Positions 42,801 to 57,525 are shown, counted from the first letter of the stretch. The stretch is 64,000 nucleotides of DNA from Antedon mediterranea (GCF_964355755.1 NC_092678.1:10600352-10664351); one strand, 5' to 3'. Made by a program: numbers and translations. Notes: generated by a model from the letters alone, not told the origin.

Positions 42801-43766
42801 GATTTTAAGCTTTTCTAAGCACTTTGTTGTTTTTATGTTAACAAGGTTTTTCGAAAATCACAAAATGGTCTAAAACGTCTCCAAATGCGATTTGAAGATA
42901 TTCTGAGCACTTTGGTGTTTTTATGTTAACAAGTTTTTTCGAAAATCACAAAATGGTCTAAAACGTCTCAAAATACGATATTAAGCTGTTTTGTGCACTT
43001 TGATGATTTGTGTGAAAAGTTTTAACGAAATGCTCAAAATGGTCTAAAACGGTTTCTAATGTGATTTTAAGCACTTTGATGTTTTTATGTAGCCAAGTTT
43101 TTTCGAAAATCACAAAATGGTCAAAAACGTCTCCAAATGCGATTTGAAGCTTTTCTAAGCACTTTGGTTTTTTTATGTTAACAAGTTTTTTCGAAAATCA
43201 CAAAATGGTCTAAAACGTCTTCAAATGCGATTTGAAGATATTCTGAGCACTTTGGTGTTTTTCTGTTAAAAAGTATTTTCGAAAATCACAAAATGGTCTA
43301 AAACGTCTCCAAATGCGATTTGAAGCTATTCTGTACACTTTGATGTTTTGTGTGAAAAAGTTTTGTCAAAATGCTCAAAATGGTCTAAAACGTTTTTAAA
43401 ACGATATTAAGCTATTTTGTGCTCTTTGATGTGTTTGTATAACCAAGTTTTTTCGAAAATCACAAAATGGTCTAAAACGTCTCCAAATGCGATTTGAAGC
43501 TTTTCCAAGCACTTTGCTGTTTTTATGTTAACAATTTTTTTCGAAAATCATAAAATGGTCTAAAACGTCTCCAAATGCGATTTGAAGCTATTCTGTACAC
43601 TTTGATGTTTTGTGTGAAAAGTTTTGTCGAAATGCTCAAAATGGTCTAAAACGTTTTTAAAACGATATTAAGCTATTTTGTGCTCTTTGATGTTTTTGTG
43701 TAACCAAGTTTCATCGAAATGAACAAAATGGTCTAAAACGTCTCCAAATGCGATTTGAAGCTTTTC
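36851..43766. repeat. 3431-bp tandem duplication
   Basis: ORF pair 36969/40400. Rare variants TTTAAAAAGATATT and CTTTGTTGTT occur in both copies at +3431. Confidence 0.9.
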
Positions 43767-46700
43767 TAAGCACTTTGGTGTTTTTATGTTAACAAGTTTT
43801 TTCGAAAATCACAAAATGGTCTAAAACGTCTCCAAATGCGATTTGAAGCTTTTCTAAGCACTTTGGTGTTTTTATGTTAACAAGTTTTTTCGAAAATCAC
43901 AAAATGGTCTAAAACGTCTCAAAATGCGATTTGAAGGTATTCTGAGCACTTTGGTGTTTTTGTGTGAAAAGTTTTAACGAAATGCTCAAAATGGTCTAAA
44001 ACGGTTTCTAATGTGATTTTAACCACTTTGATGTTTTTGTGTAACCAAGTTCTTTTCGAAAATCACAAAATGGTCTAAAACGTCTCCAAATGCGATTTGA
44101 AGCTCTTCTGTACACTTTGATGTTTTGTGTGAAAAAGTTTTGTCGAAATGCTCAAAATGGTCTAAAACGTTTTTAAATACGATATTAAGCTGTTTTGTGC
44201 ACTTTGATGATTTGTGTGAAAAGTTTTAACGAAATGCTCAAAATAGTCTATAACGGTTTCTAATGTGATTTTAAGCACTTTGATGTTTTTGTGTAATCAA
44301 GTTTTTTTGGAAATCACAAAATGGTCTAAAACGTCTCCAAATGCGATTTGAAGCTTTTCTAAGCACTTTGGTGTTTTTATGTTAACAAGTTTTTTCGAAA
44401 ATCACAAAATGGTCTAAAACGTCTCAAAATGCGATTTGAAGGTATTCTGAGCACTTTGGTGTTTTTGTGTGAAAAGTTTTAACGAAATGCTCAAAATGGT
44501 CTAAAACGGTTTCTAATGTGATTTTAACCACTTTGATGTTTTTGTGTAACCAAGTTTTTTCGAAAATCACAAAATGGTCTAAAACGTCTCCAAATGCGAT
44601 TTGAAGCTATTCTGTACACTTTGATGTTTTGTGTGAAAAAAGTTTTGTCGAAATGCTCAAAATGGTCTAAAACGTTTTTAAAACGATATTAAGCTATTTT
44701 ATGCTCTTTGATGTTTTTGTGTAACCAAGTTTTTTCGAAAATCACAAAATTGTCTAAAACGTCTCCGAATGCGATTTGAAGCTCTTCTGTACACTTTGAT
44801 GTTTTGTGTGAAAAAGTTTTCTCGGAATGCTAAAAATGGTATAAAAACGTTTTCCAATACCATATTAAGCTATTTTGTGCAATTTGATGTTTTTGTGTAA
44901 CCAAGTTTTTTCGAAAATCACAAAATTGTCTAAAACGTCTCCGAATGCGATTTGAAGCTCTTCTGTACACTTTGATGTTTTGTGTGAAAAAGTTTTCTCG
45001 AAATGCTAAAAATGGTCTAAAACGTTTTCCAATACCATATTAAGCTATTTTGTGCAATTTGATGTTTTTGTGTAACAAAGTTTTTTCGAAAATCACAAAA
45101 TGGTCTAAAACGTCTCCAAATGCGATTTGAAGATATTCTGAGCACTTTGGTGTTTTTATGTTAAAAAGTTTTTTGGAAAATCACAAAATGGTCTAAAACG
45201 ACTCCAAATGCGATTTGAAGCTATCCTGTACACTTTGATGTTTTGTGTGAAAAAGTTTTGTCGAAATGCTCAAAATGATCTAAAACGTTTTTAAAACGAT
45301 ATTAAGCTATTTTGTGCTCTTTGATGTTTTTGTGTATCCAAGTTTCATCGAAATGAACAAAATGGTCTAAAACGTCTCCAAATGCGATTTGAAGGTATTC
45401 TGAGCACTTTGGTGTTTTTGTGTGAAAAGTTTTAACGAAATGCTCAAAATGGTCTAAAACGGTTTCTAATGTGATTTTAACCACTTTGATGTTTTTGTGT
45501 AACCAAGTTCTTTTCGAAAATCACAAAATGGTCTAAAACGTCTCCAAATGCGATTTGAAGCTTTTCTAAGCACTTTGGTGTTTTTATGTTAAAAAGTTTT
45601 TTCGAAAATCACAAAATGGTCTAAAACGTCTCCAAATGCGATTTGAAGCTCTTCTGTACACTTTGATGTTTTGTGTGAAAAAGTTTTGTCAAAATGCTCA
45701 AAATGGTCTAAAACGTTTTTAAAACGATATTAAGCTATTTTGTGCTCTTTGATGTTTTTGTATAACCAAGTTTTTTCGAAAATCACAAAATGGTCTAAAA
45801 CGTCTCCAAATGCGATTTGAAGATATTCTGAGCACTTTGGTGTTTTTATGTTAAAAAGTTTTTTCGAAAATCACAAAATGGTCTAAAACGTCTCCAAATG
45901 CGATTTGAAGATATTCTGAGCACTTTGGTGTTTTTATGTTAAAAAGTTTTTTCGAAAATCACAAAATGGTCTAAAACGTCTCCAAATGCGATTTGAAGCT
46001 ATTCTATACACTTTGATGTTTTGTGTTAAAAAGTTTTGTCGAAATGCTCAAAATGGTTTAAAACGTTTTTAAAACGATATTAAGCTATTTTGTGCTCTTT
46101 GATGTTTTTGTGTAACCAAGTTTCATCGAAATGAACAAAATGGTCTAAAACGTCTCCAAATGCGATTTGAAGCTTTTCCAAGCACTTTGCTGTTTTTATG
46201 TTAACAAGTTTTTTCGAAAATCACAAAATTGTCTAAAACGTCTCAAAATGCGATTTGAAGGTATTCTGAGCACTTTGGTGTTTTTGTGTGAAAAGTTTTA
46301 ACGAAAAGCTCAAAATGGTCTAAAACGGTTCTAATGTGATTTTAAGCACTTTGATGTTTTTGTACAACCAAGTTTCATCGAAATGCTCAAAATGGTCTAA
46401 AACGTTTTTAAAACGATATTAAGCTATTTTGTGCTCTTTGATGTTTTTGTGTAACCAAGTTTTTTCGAAAATCACAAAATGGTCTAAAACGTCTCCAAAT
46501 GCGATTTGAAGCTTTTCTAAACACTTTGGTGTTTTTGTGTTAACAAGTTTTTTCGAAAATCACAAAATGGTCTAAAACGTCTCAAAATGCGATTTGAAGG
46601 TATTCTGAGCACTTTGGTGTTTTTGTGTGAAAAGTTTTAACGAAATGCTCAAAATGGTCTAAAACGGTTTCTAATGTGATTTTAACCACTTTGATGTTTT

Positions 46701-49700
46701 TGTGTAACCAAGTTCTTTTCGAAAATCACAAAATGGTCTAAAATGTCTCCAAATGCGATTTGAAGCTTTTCTAAGCACTTTGGTGTTTTTATGTTAACAA
46801 GTTTTTTTGAAAATCACAAAATGGTCTAAAACGTCTCAAAATGCGATTTGAAGGTATTCTGAGCACTTTGGTGTTTTTGTGTGAAAATTTTTAACGAAAT
46901 GCTCAAAATGGTCTAAAACGGTTTCTAATGTGATTTTAACCACTTTGATGTTTTTGTGTAACCAAGTTTTTTCGAAAATCACAAAATGGTCTGAAACGTC
47001 TCCAAATGCGATTTGAAGCTTTTCTAAGCACTTTGGTGTTTTTATGTTAACAAGTTTTTTCGAAAATCACAAAATGGTCTAAAACGTCTCCAAATGCGAT
47101 TTGAAGCTATTCTGTACACTTTGATGTTTTGTGTGAAAAGTTTTAACGAAATGCTCAAAATTGTCTAAAACGGTTTCTAATGTGATTTTAAGCACTTTGA
47201 TGTTTTTGTAAAACCAAGTTTCATCGAAATGCACAAAATGGTCTAAAACGTCTCCAAATGCGATTTGAAGCTTTTCCAAGCACTTTGGTGTTTTTATGTT
47301 AACAAGGTTTTTCGAAAATCACAAAATGGTCTAAAACGTCTCCAAATGCGATTTGAAGCTTTTCCAAGCACTTTGCTGTTTTTATGTTAACAAGTTTTTT
47401 CGAAAATCACAAAATGGTCTAAAACGTCTCAAAATACGATATTAAGCTGTTTTGTGCACTTTGATGATTTGTGTGAAAAGTTTTAACGAAATGCTCAAAA
47501 TGGTCTAAAACGGTTTCTAATGTGATTTTAAGCACTTTGATGTTTTTATGTAGCCAAGTTTTTTCGAAAATCACAAAATGGTCAAAAACGTCTCCAAATG
47601 CGATTTGAAGCTTTTCTAAGCACTTTGGTTTTTTTATGTTAACAAGTTTTTTCGAAAATCACAAAATGGTCTAAAACGTCTTCAAATGCGATTTGAAGAT
47701 ATTCTGAGCACTTTGATGTTTTGTGTGAAAAAGTTTTGTCAAAATGCTCAAAATGGTCTAAAACGTTTTTAAAACGATATTAAGCTATTTTGTGCTCTTT
47801 GATGTGTTTGTATAACCAAGTTTTTTCGAAAATCACAAAATGGTCTAAAACGTCTCCAAATGCGATTTGAAGCTTTTCCAAGCACTTTGCTGTTTTTATG
47901 TTAACAATTTTTTTCGAAAATCATAAAATGGTCTAAAACGTCTCCAAATGCGATTTGAAGCTATTCTGTACACTTTGATGTTTTGTGTGAAAAGTTTTGT
48001 CGAAATGCTCAAAATGGTCTAAAACGTTTTTAAAACGATATTAAGCTATTTTGTGCTCTTTGATGTTTTTGTGTAACCAAGTTTCATCGAAATGAACAAA
48101 ATGGTCTAAAACGTCTCCAAATGCGATTTGAAGCTTTTCTAAGCACTTTGGTGTTTTTATGTTAACAAGTTTTTTCGAAAATCACAAAATGGTCTAAAAC
48201 GTCTCAAAATGCTATTTGAAGGTATTCTGAGCACTTTGGTGTTTTTGTGTGAAAAGTTTTAACGAAATGCTCAAAATGGTCTAAAACGGTTCTAATGTGA
48301 TTTTAAGCACTTTGATGTTTTTGTATAACCAAGTTTTAACGAAATGCTCAAAATGGTCTAAAACGTTTTTAAAACGATATTAAGCTATTTTGTGCTCTTT
48401 GATGTTTTTGTGTAACGAAGTTTCATCGAAATGAACAAAATGGTCTAAAACGTCTCCAAATGCGATTTGAAGCTTTTCCAAGCACTTTGCTGTTTTTATG
48501 TTAACAAGTTTTTTCGAAAATCACAAAATGGCCTAAAACGTCTCAAAATGCGATTTCAAGGTATTCTGAGCACTTTGGTGTTTTTGTGTGAAAGGTTTTA
48601 ACGAAATGCTCAAAATGGTCTAAAACGGTTTCTAATGTGATTTTAAGCACTTTGATGTTTTTGTATAACCAAGTTTCATCGAAATGCACAAAATGGTCTA
48701 AAACGTCTCCAAATGCGATTTGAAGCTTTTCTAAGCACTTTGCTGTTTTTATGTTAAAAAGTTTTTTCGAAAATCACAAAATGGTCTAAAACGTCTCCAA
48801 ATGCGATTTGAAGATATTCTGAGCACTTTGGTGTTTTTATGTTAAAAAGTTTTTTCGAAAATCACAAAATGGTCTAAAACGTCTCCAAATGCGATTTGAA
48901 GATATTCTGAGCACTTTGGTGTTTTTATGTTAAAAAGTTTTTTCGAAAATCACAAAATGGTCTAAAACGTCTCCAAATGCGATTTGAAGCTTTTCTGTAC
49001 ACTTTGATGTTTTGTGTGAAAAAGTTTTGTCGAAATGCTCAAAATGGTCTAAAACGTTTTTAAAACGATATTAAGCTATTTTGTGCTCTTTGATGTTTTT
49101 GTGTAACCAAGTTTTATCGAAATGAACAAAATGGTCTAAAACGTCTCCAAATGCGATTTGAAGCTTTTCTAAGCACTTTGCTGTTTTTATGTTAACAAGT
49201 TTTTTCGAAAATCACAAAATGGTCTAAAACGTCTCCAAATGCGATTTGAAGATATTCTGAGCACTTTGGTGTTTTTATGTTAAAAAGTTTTTTCGAAAAT
49301 CACAAAATGGTCTAAAACGTCTCCAAATGCGATTTGAAGATATTCTGAGCACTTTGGTGTTTTTATGTTAAAAAGTTTTTTCGAAAATCACAAAATGGTC
49401 TAAAACGTCTCCAAATGCGATTTGAAGCTATTCTGTACACTTTGATGTTTTGTGTGAAAAAGTTTTGTCGAAAGGCTCAAAATGGTCTAAAACGTTTTTA
49501 AAACGATATTAAGCTATTTTGTGCTCTTTGATGTTTTTGTGTAACCAAGTTTTATCGAAATGAACAAAATGGTCTAAAACGTCTCCAAATGCGATTTGAA
49601 GCTTTTCCAAGCACTTTGCTGTTTTTATGTTAACAAGTTTTTTCGAAAATCACAAAATGGTCTAAAACGTCTCAAAATGCGATTTGAAGGTATTCTGAGC

Positions 49701-52700
49701 ACTTTGGTGTTTTTGTGTGAAAAGTTTTAACGAAATGCTCAAAATTGTCTAAAACGGTTTCTAATGTGATTTTAAGCACTTTGATGTTTTTGTAAAACCA
49801 AGTTTCATCGAAATGAACAAAATGGTCTAAAATGTCTCCAAATGCGATTTGAAGCTTTTCCAAGCACTTTGCTGTTTTTATGTTAACAAGCTTTTTCGAA
49901 AATCACAAAATGGTCTAAAACGTCTCCAAATGCGATTTGAAGATATTCTGAGCACTTTGGTGTTTTTATGTTAAAAAGTTTTTTCGAAAATCACAAAATG
50001 GTCTAAAACGTCTCCAAATGCGATTTGAAGATATTCTAAGCACTTTGGTGTTTTTATGTTAACAAGTTTTTTCGAAAATCACAAAATGGTCTAAAACGTC
50101 TCCAAATGCGATTTGAAGATATTCTGAGCACTTTGGTGTTTTTCTGTTAAAAAGTATTTTCGAAAATCACAAAATGGTCTAAAACGTCTCCAAATGCAAT
50201 TTGAAGCTATTCTGTACACTTTGATGTTTTGTGTGAAAAAGTTTTGTCAAAAGGCTCAAAATGGTCTAAAACGTTTTTAAAACGATATTAAGCTATTTTG
50301 TGCTCTTTGATGTTTTTGTATAACCAAGTTTTTTCGAAAATCACAAAATGGTCTAAAACGTCTCCAAATGCGATTTGAAGCTTTTCTAAACACTTTGGTG
50401 TTTTTATGTTAACAAGTTTTTTCGAAAATCACAAAATGGTCTAAAACGTCTCCAAATCCGATTTGAAGCTATTCTGTACACTTTGATGTTTTGTGTGAAA
50501 AAGTTTTGTCGAAATGCTCAAAATGGTCTAAAACGTTTTTAAAACGATATTAAGCTATTTTGTGCTCTTTGATGTTTTTGTGTAACCAAGTTTCATCGAT
50601 ATGAACAAAATGGTCTAAAACGTCTCAAAATGCGATTTGAAGGTATTCTGAGCACTTTGGTGTTTTTGGGTGAAAAGTTTTAACGAAATGCTCAAAATGG
50701 TCTAAAACGGTTTCTAATGTGATTTTAAGCACTTTGAAGTATTTGTAAAAACAAGTTTCATCGAAATGCACAAAATAGTCTAAAACGTCTCCAAATGCGA
50801 TTTGAAGCTTTTCTAAGCACTTTGGTGTTTTTATGTTAACAAGTTTTTTCGAAAATCACAAAATGGTCTAAAACGTCTCCAAATGCGATTTGAAGATATT
50901 CTGAGCACTTTGGTGTTTTTATGTTAAAAAGTATTTTCGAAAATCACAAAATGGTCTAAAACGTCTCCAAATGCGATTTGAAGCTCTTCTGTACACTTTG
51001 ATGTTTTGTGTGAAAAAGTTTAGTCGAAATGCTCAAAATGGTCTAAAACGTTTTTAAAACGATATTAAGCTATTTTGTGCTCTTTGATGTTTTTGTGTAA
51101 CCAAGTTTCATCGAAAATCACAAAATGGTCTAAAACGTCTCCAAATGCGATTTGAAGATATTCTGAGCACTTTGGTGTTTTTATGTTAAAAAGTTTTTTC
51201 GAAAATCACAAAATGGTCTAAAACGTCTCCAAATGCGATTTGAAGATATTCTGAGCACTTTGGTGTTTTTATGTTAAAAAGTTTTTTCGAAAATCACAAA
51301 ATGGTCTAAAACGTCTCCAAATGCGATTTGAAGCTATTCTATACACTTTGATGTTTTGTGTTAAAAAGTTTTGTCGAAATGCTCAAAATGGTTTAAAACG
51401 TTTTTAAAACGATATTAAGCTATTTTGTGCTCTTTGATGTTTTTGTGTAACCAAGTTTCATCGAAATGAACAAAATGCTCTAAAACGTCTCCAAATGCGA
51501 TTTGAAGCTTTTCCAAGCACTTTGCTGTTTTTATGTTAACAAGTTTTTTCGAAAATCACAAAATTGTCTAAAACGTCTCAAAATGCGATTTGAAGGTATT
51601 CTGAGCACTTTGGTGTTTTTGTGTGAAAAGTTTTAACGAAAAGCTCAAAATGGTCTAAAACGGTTCTAATGTGATTTTAAGCACTTTGATGTTTTTGTAC
51701 AACCAAGTTTCATCGAAATGCTCAAAATGGTCTAAAACGTTTTTAAAACGATATTAAGCTATTTTGTGCTCTTTGATGTTTTTGTGTAACCAAGTTTTTT
51801 CGAAAATCACAAAATGGTCTAAAACGTCTCCAAATGCGATTTGAAGCTTTTCTAAGCACTTTGGTGTTTTTATGTTAACAAGTTTTTTCGAAAATCACAA
51901 AATGGTCTAAAACGTCTCAAAATGCGATTTGAAGGTATTCTGAGCACTTTGGTGTTTTTGTGTGAAAAGTTTTAACGAAATGCTCAAAATGGTCTAAAAC
52001 GGTTTCTAATTTGATTTTAACCACTTTGATGTTTTTGTGTAACCAAGTTCTTTTCGAAAATCACAAAATGGTCTAAAACGTCTCCAAATGCGATTTGAAG
52101 CTTTTCTAAGCACTTTGGTGTTTTTATGTTAACAAGTTTTTTCGAAAATCACAAAATGGTCTAAAACGTCTCAAAATGCGATTTGAAGGTATTCTGAGCA
52201 CTTTGGTGTTTTTGTGTGAAAAGTTTTAACGAAATGCTCAAAATGGTCTAAAACGGTTTCTAATGTGATTTTAACAACTTTGATGTTTTTGTGTAACCAA
52301 GTTTTTTCGAAAATCACAAAATGGTCTAAAACGTCTCCAAATGCGATTTGAAGCTTTTCTAAGCACTTTGGTGTTTTTATGTTAACAAGTTTTTTCGAAA
52401 ATCACAAAATGGTCTAAAACGTCTCCAAATGCGATTTGAAGATATTCTGAGCACTTTGGTGTTTTTCTGTTAAAAAGTATTTTCGAAAATCACAAAATGG
52501 TCTAAAACGTCTCCAAATGCAATTTGAAGCTATTCTGTACACTTTGATGTTTTGTGTGAAAAAGTTTTGTCAAAATGCTCAAAATGGTCTAAAACGTTTT
52601 TAAAACGATATTAAGCTATTTTGTGCTCTTTGATGTTTTTGTATAACCATGTTTTTTCGAAAATCACAAAATGGTCTAAAACGTCTCCAAATGCGATTTG

Positions 52701-55700
52701 AAGCTTTTCTAAAGACTTTGGTGTTTTTATGTTAACAAGTTTTTTCGAAAATCACAAAATGGTCTAAAACGTCTCCAAATCCGATTTGAAGCTATTCTGT
52801 ACACTTTGATGTTTTGTGTGAAAAAGTTTTGTCGAAATGCTCAAAATGGTCTAAAACGTTTTTAAAACGATATTAAGCTATTTTGTGCTCTTTGATGTTT
52901 TTGTGTAACCAAGTTTCATCGATATGAACAAAATGGTCTAAAACGTCTCAAAATGCGATTTGAAGGTATTCTGAGCACTTTGGTGTTTTTGGGTGAAAAG
53001 TTTTAACGAAATGCTCAAAATGGTCTAAAACGGTTTCTAATGTGATTTTAAGCACTTTGAAGTATTTGTAAAAACAAGTTTCATCGAAATGCACAAAATA
53101 GTCTAAAACGTCTCCAAATGCGATTTGAAGCTTTTCTAAGCACTTTGGTGTTTTTATGTTAACAAGTTTTTTCGAAAATCACAAAATGGTCTAAAACGTC
53201 TCCAAATGCGATTTGAAGATATTCTGAGCACTTTGGTGTTTTTATGTTAAAAAGTATTTTCGAAAACCACAAAATGGTCTAAAACGTCTCCAAATGCGAT
53301 TTGAAGCTCTTCTGTACACTTTGATGTTTTGTGTGAAAAAGTTTAGTCGAAATGCTCAAAATGGTCTAAAACGTTTTTAAAACGATATTAAGCTATTTTG
53401 TGCTCTTTGATGTTTTTGTGTAACCAAGTTTCATCGAAAAGAACAAAATGGTCTAAAACGTCTCCAAATGCGATTTGAAGCTTTTCTAAGCACTTTGGTG
53501 TTTTTATGTTAACAAGTTTTTTCGAAAATCACAAAATGGTCTAAAACGTCTCCAAATGCGATTTGAAGATATTCTGAGCACTTTGCTGTTTTTATGTTAA
53601 GTTTTTTCGAAAATCACAAAATGGTCTAAAACGTCTCAAAATGCTATTTGAAGGTATTCTGAGCACTTTGGTGTTTTTGTGTGAAAAGTTTTAACGAAAT
53701 GCTCAAAATGGTCTAAAACGGTTCTAATGTGATTTTAAGCACTTTGATGTTTTTGTATAACCAAGTTTCATCGAAATGCTCAAAATGGTCTAAAACGTTT
53801 TTAAAACGATATTAAGCTATTTTGTGCTCTTTGATGTTTTTGTGTAACGAAGTTTCATCGAAATGAACAAAATGGTCTAAAACGTCTCCAAATGCGATTT
53901 GAAGCTTTTCCAAGCACTTTGCTGTTTTTATGTTAACAAGTTTTTTCGAAAATCACAAAATGGCCTAAAACGTCTCAAAATGCGATTTCAAGGTATTCTG
54001 AGCACTTTGGTGTTTTTGTGTTAAAGGTTTTAACGAAATGCTCAAAATGGTCTAAAACGGTTTCTAATGTGATTTTAAGCACTTTGATGTTTTTGTATAA
54101 CCAAGTTTCATCGAAATGCACAAAATGGTCTAAAACGTCTCCAAATGCGATTTGAAGCTTTTCTAAGCACTTTGCTGTTTTTATGTTAACAAGTTTTTTC
54201 GAAAATCACAAAATGGTCTAAAACGTCTCCAAATGCGATTTGAAGATATTCTGAGCACTTTGGTGTTTTTATGTTAAAAAGTTTTTTCGAAAATCACAAA
54301 ATGGTCTAAAACGTCTCCAAATGCGATTTGAAGATATTCTGAGCACTTTGGTGTTTTTATGTTAAAAAGTTTTTTCGAAAATCACAAAATGGTCTAAAAC
54401 GTCTCCAAATGCGATTTGAAGCTATTCTGTACACTTTGATGTTTTGTGTGAAAAAGTTTTGTCGAAATGCTCAAAATGGTCTAAAACGTTTTTAAAACGA
54501 TATTAAGCTATTTTGTGCTCTTTGATGTTTTTGTGTAACCAAGTTTTATCGAAATGAACAAAATGGTCTAAAACGTCTCCAAATGCGATTTGAAGCTTTT
54601 CCAAGTACTTTGCTGTTTTTATGTTAACAAGTTTTTTCGAAAATCACAAAATGGTCTAAAACGTCTCAAAATGCGATTTGAAGGTATTCTGAGCACTTTG
54701 GTGTTTTTGTGTGAAAAGTTTTAACGAAATGCTCAAAATTGTCTAAAACGGTTTCTAATGTGATTTTAAGCACTTTGATGTTTTTGTAAAACCAAGTTTC
54801 ATCGAAATGAACAAAATGGTCTAAAATGTCTCCAAATGCGATTTGAAACTTTTCCAAGCACTTTGCTGTTTTTATGTTAACAAGCTTTTTCGAAAATCAC
54901 AAAATGGTCTAAAACGTCTCCAAATGCGATTTGAAGATATTCTGAGCACTTTGGTGTTTTTATGTTAAAAAGTTTTTTCGAAAATCACAAAATGGTCTAA
55001 AACGTCTCCAAATGCGATTTGAAGATATTCTGAGCACTTTGGTGTTTTTATGTTAAAAAGTTTTTTCGAAAATCACAAAATGGTCTAAAACGTCTCCAAA
55101 TGCGATTTGAAGCTATTCTGTACACTTTGATGTTTTGTGTGAAAAAGTTTTCTCGAAATGCTCAAAATGGTTTAAAACGTTTTTAAAACGATATTAAGTT
55201 ATTTTGTGCTCTTTGATGTTTTTGTGTAACCAAGTTTCATCGAAATGAACAAAATGGTCTAAAACGTCTCCAAATGCGATTTGAAGCTTTTCCAAGCACT
55301 TTGCTGTTTTTATGTTAACAAGTTTTTTCGAAAATCACAAAATGGTGTAAAACGTCTCAAAATGCGATTTGAAGGTATTCTGAGCACTTTGGTGTTTTTG
55401 TGTGAAAAGTTTTAACGAAATGCTCAAAATGGTCTAAAACGGTTCTAATGTGATTTTAAGCTATTCTAGACACTTTGATGTTTTGTGTGAAAAAGTTTTC
55501 TCGAAATGCTCAAAATGGTCTAAAACGTTTTCCAATACCATATTAAGCTATTTTGTGCAATTTGATGTTTTTGTGTAACCAAGTTTTTTGAAATGCGATT
55601 TGAAGATATTCTGAGGACTTTGGTGTTTTTATGTTAAAAAGTTTTTTCGAAAATCACAAAATGGTCTAAAACGTCTCCAAATGCGATTTGAAGAGATTCT

Positions 55701-57498
55701 GAGCACTTTGGTGTTTTTATGTTAAAAAGTTTTTTCGAAAATCACAAAATGGTCTAAAACGTCTCCAAATGCGAGTTGAAGCTATTCTGTACACTTTGAT
55801 GTTTTGTGTGAAAAAGTTTTGTCGAAATGCTCAAAATGGTCTAAAACGTTTTTAAAACGATATTAAGCTATTTTGTGTTCTTTGATGTTTTTGTGTAACC
55901 AAGTTTTTTCGAAAATCACGAAATGGTCTAAAACGTCTTCAAATGCGATTTGAAGCTTTTCTAAGCACTTTGGTGTTTTTATGTTAACAAGTTTTTTCGC
56001 AAATCACAAAATGGTCTAAAACGTCTCCAAATGCGATTTGAAGATATTCTGAGCACATTGGTGTTTTTATGTTAAAAAGTTTTGTCGAAATGCTCAAAAT
56101 GGTCTAAAACGTTTTTAAAACGATATTAAGCTATTTTGTCCTCTTTGATGTTTTTATGTAACCAAGTTTCATCGAAATGAACAAAATGGTCTAAAACGTC
56201 TCCAAATGCGATTTGAAGCTTTTCCAAGCACTTTGCTGTTTTTATGTTAACAAGTTTTTTCGAAAATCACAAAATGGTCTAAAACGTCTCAAAATGCGAT
56301 TTGAAGGTATTCTGAGCACTTTGGTGTTTTTGTGTGAAAAGTTTTAACGAAATGCTCAAAATGTTCTAAAACGGTTTCTAATGTGATTTTAAGCACTTTG
56401 ATGTTTTTGTATAACCAAGTTTCATCGAAATGCACAAAATGGTCTAAAACGTCTCCAAATGCGATTTTAAGCTTTTCTAAGCACTTTGGTGTTTTTATGT
56501 TAACAAGGTTTTTCGAAAATCACAAAATGGTCTAAAACGTCTCCAAATGCGATTTGAAGATATTCTGAGCACTTTGGTGTTTTTATGTTAACAAGTTTTT
56601 TCGAAAATCACAAAATGGTCTAAAACGTCTCAAAATACGATATTAAGCTGTTTTGTGCACTTTGATGATTTGTGTGAAAAGTTTTAACGAAATGCTCAAA
56701 ATGGTCTAAAACGGTTTCTAATGTGATTTTAAGCACTTTGATGTTTTTATGTAGCCAAGTTTTTTCGAAAATCACAAAATGGTCAAAAACGTCTCCAAAT
56801 GCGATTTGAAGCTTTTCTAAGCACTTTGGTTTTTTTATGTTAACAAGTTTTTTCGAAAATCACAAAATGGTCTAAAACGTCTTCAAATGCGATTTGAAGA
56901 TATTCTGAGCACTTTGGTGTTTTTCTGTTAAAAAGTATTTTCGAAAATAACAAAATGGTCTAAAACGTCTCCAAATGCGATTTGAAGCTATTCTGTACAC
57001 TTTGATGTTTTGTGTGAAAAAGTTTTGTCAAAATGCTCAAAATGGTCTAAAACGTTTTTAAAACGATATTAAGCTATTTTGTGCTCTTTGTATAACCAAG
57101 TTTTTTCGAAAATCACAAAATGGTCTAAAACGTCTCCAAATGCGATTTGAAGCTTTTCCAAGCACTTTGCTGTTTTTATGTTAACAATTTTTTTCGAAAA
57201 TCATAAAATGGTCTAAAACGTCTCCAAATGCGATTTGAAGCTATTCTGTACACTTTGATGTTTTGTGTGAAAAGTTTTGTCGAAATGCTCAAAATGGTCT
57301 AAAACGTTTTTAAAACGATATTAAGCTATTTTGTGCTCTTTGATGTTTTTGTGTAACCAAGTTTCATCGAAATGAACAAAATGGTCTAAAACGTCTCCAA
57401 ATGCGATTTGAAGCTTTTCTAAGCACTTTGGTGTTTTTATGTTAACAAGTTTTTTCGAAAATCACAAAATGGTCTAAAACGTCTCCAAATGCGATTTG

Positions 57499-57525
57499 TT
57501 ATTTTTATTTTTTTTTATTTTTATT
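57499..57525 (-). repeat. A-rich 3' tail of the SINE (copy 1; copy 2 at 60227-60253)
   Basis: Minus strand AATAAAAATAAAAAAAAATAAAAATAA, which includes AATAAA motifs. Confidence 0.85.

Larger units (their letters stand above)
20537..52916. repeat. Dispersed ~7.4-kb block repeat (20537-28005 matches 45625-52916)
   Basis: Offsets are 25088 (ORFs 21991/47079) then 24911 (ORFs 24761/49672). The 177-bp shift equals two lost monomers plus 1 bp. Many rare variants are shared (GTCTGAAAC, GGCCTAAAAC, GAAAGGCTC, TTGAAGTATTTG). Confidence 0.85.
1..57498. repeat. Satellite DNA tandem array, ~88-bp AT-rich monomer, with higher-order organisation (main segment, runs off the left edge)
   Basis: Bases 1-88 (ATGTTAAAAAGTTTTTTCGAAAATCACAAAATGGTCTAAAACGTCTCCAAATGCGATTTGAAGATATTCTGAGCACTTTGGTGTTTTT) restart at 89. 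The anchor GTCTAAAAC recurs at 34, 122, 209, 296, 384, 471, 549 and 637 (spacings 88, 87, 87, 88, 87, 78, 88). I saw no inversion or foreign sequence before 57499. Confidence 0.98.
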
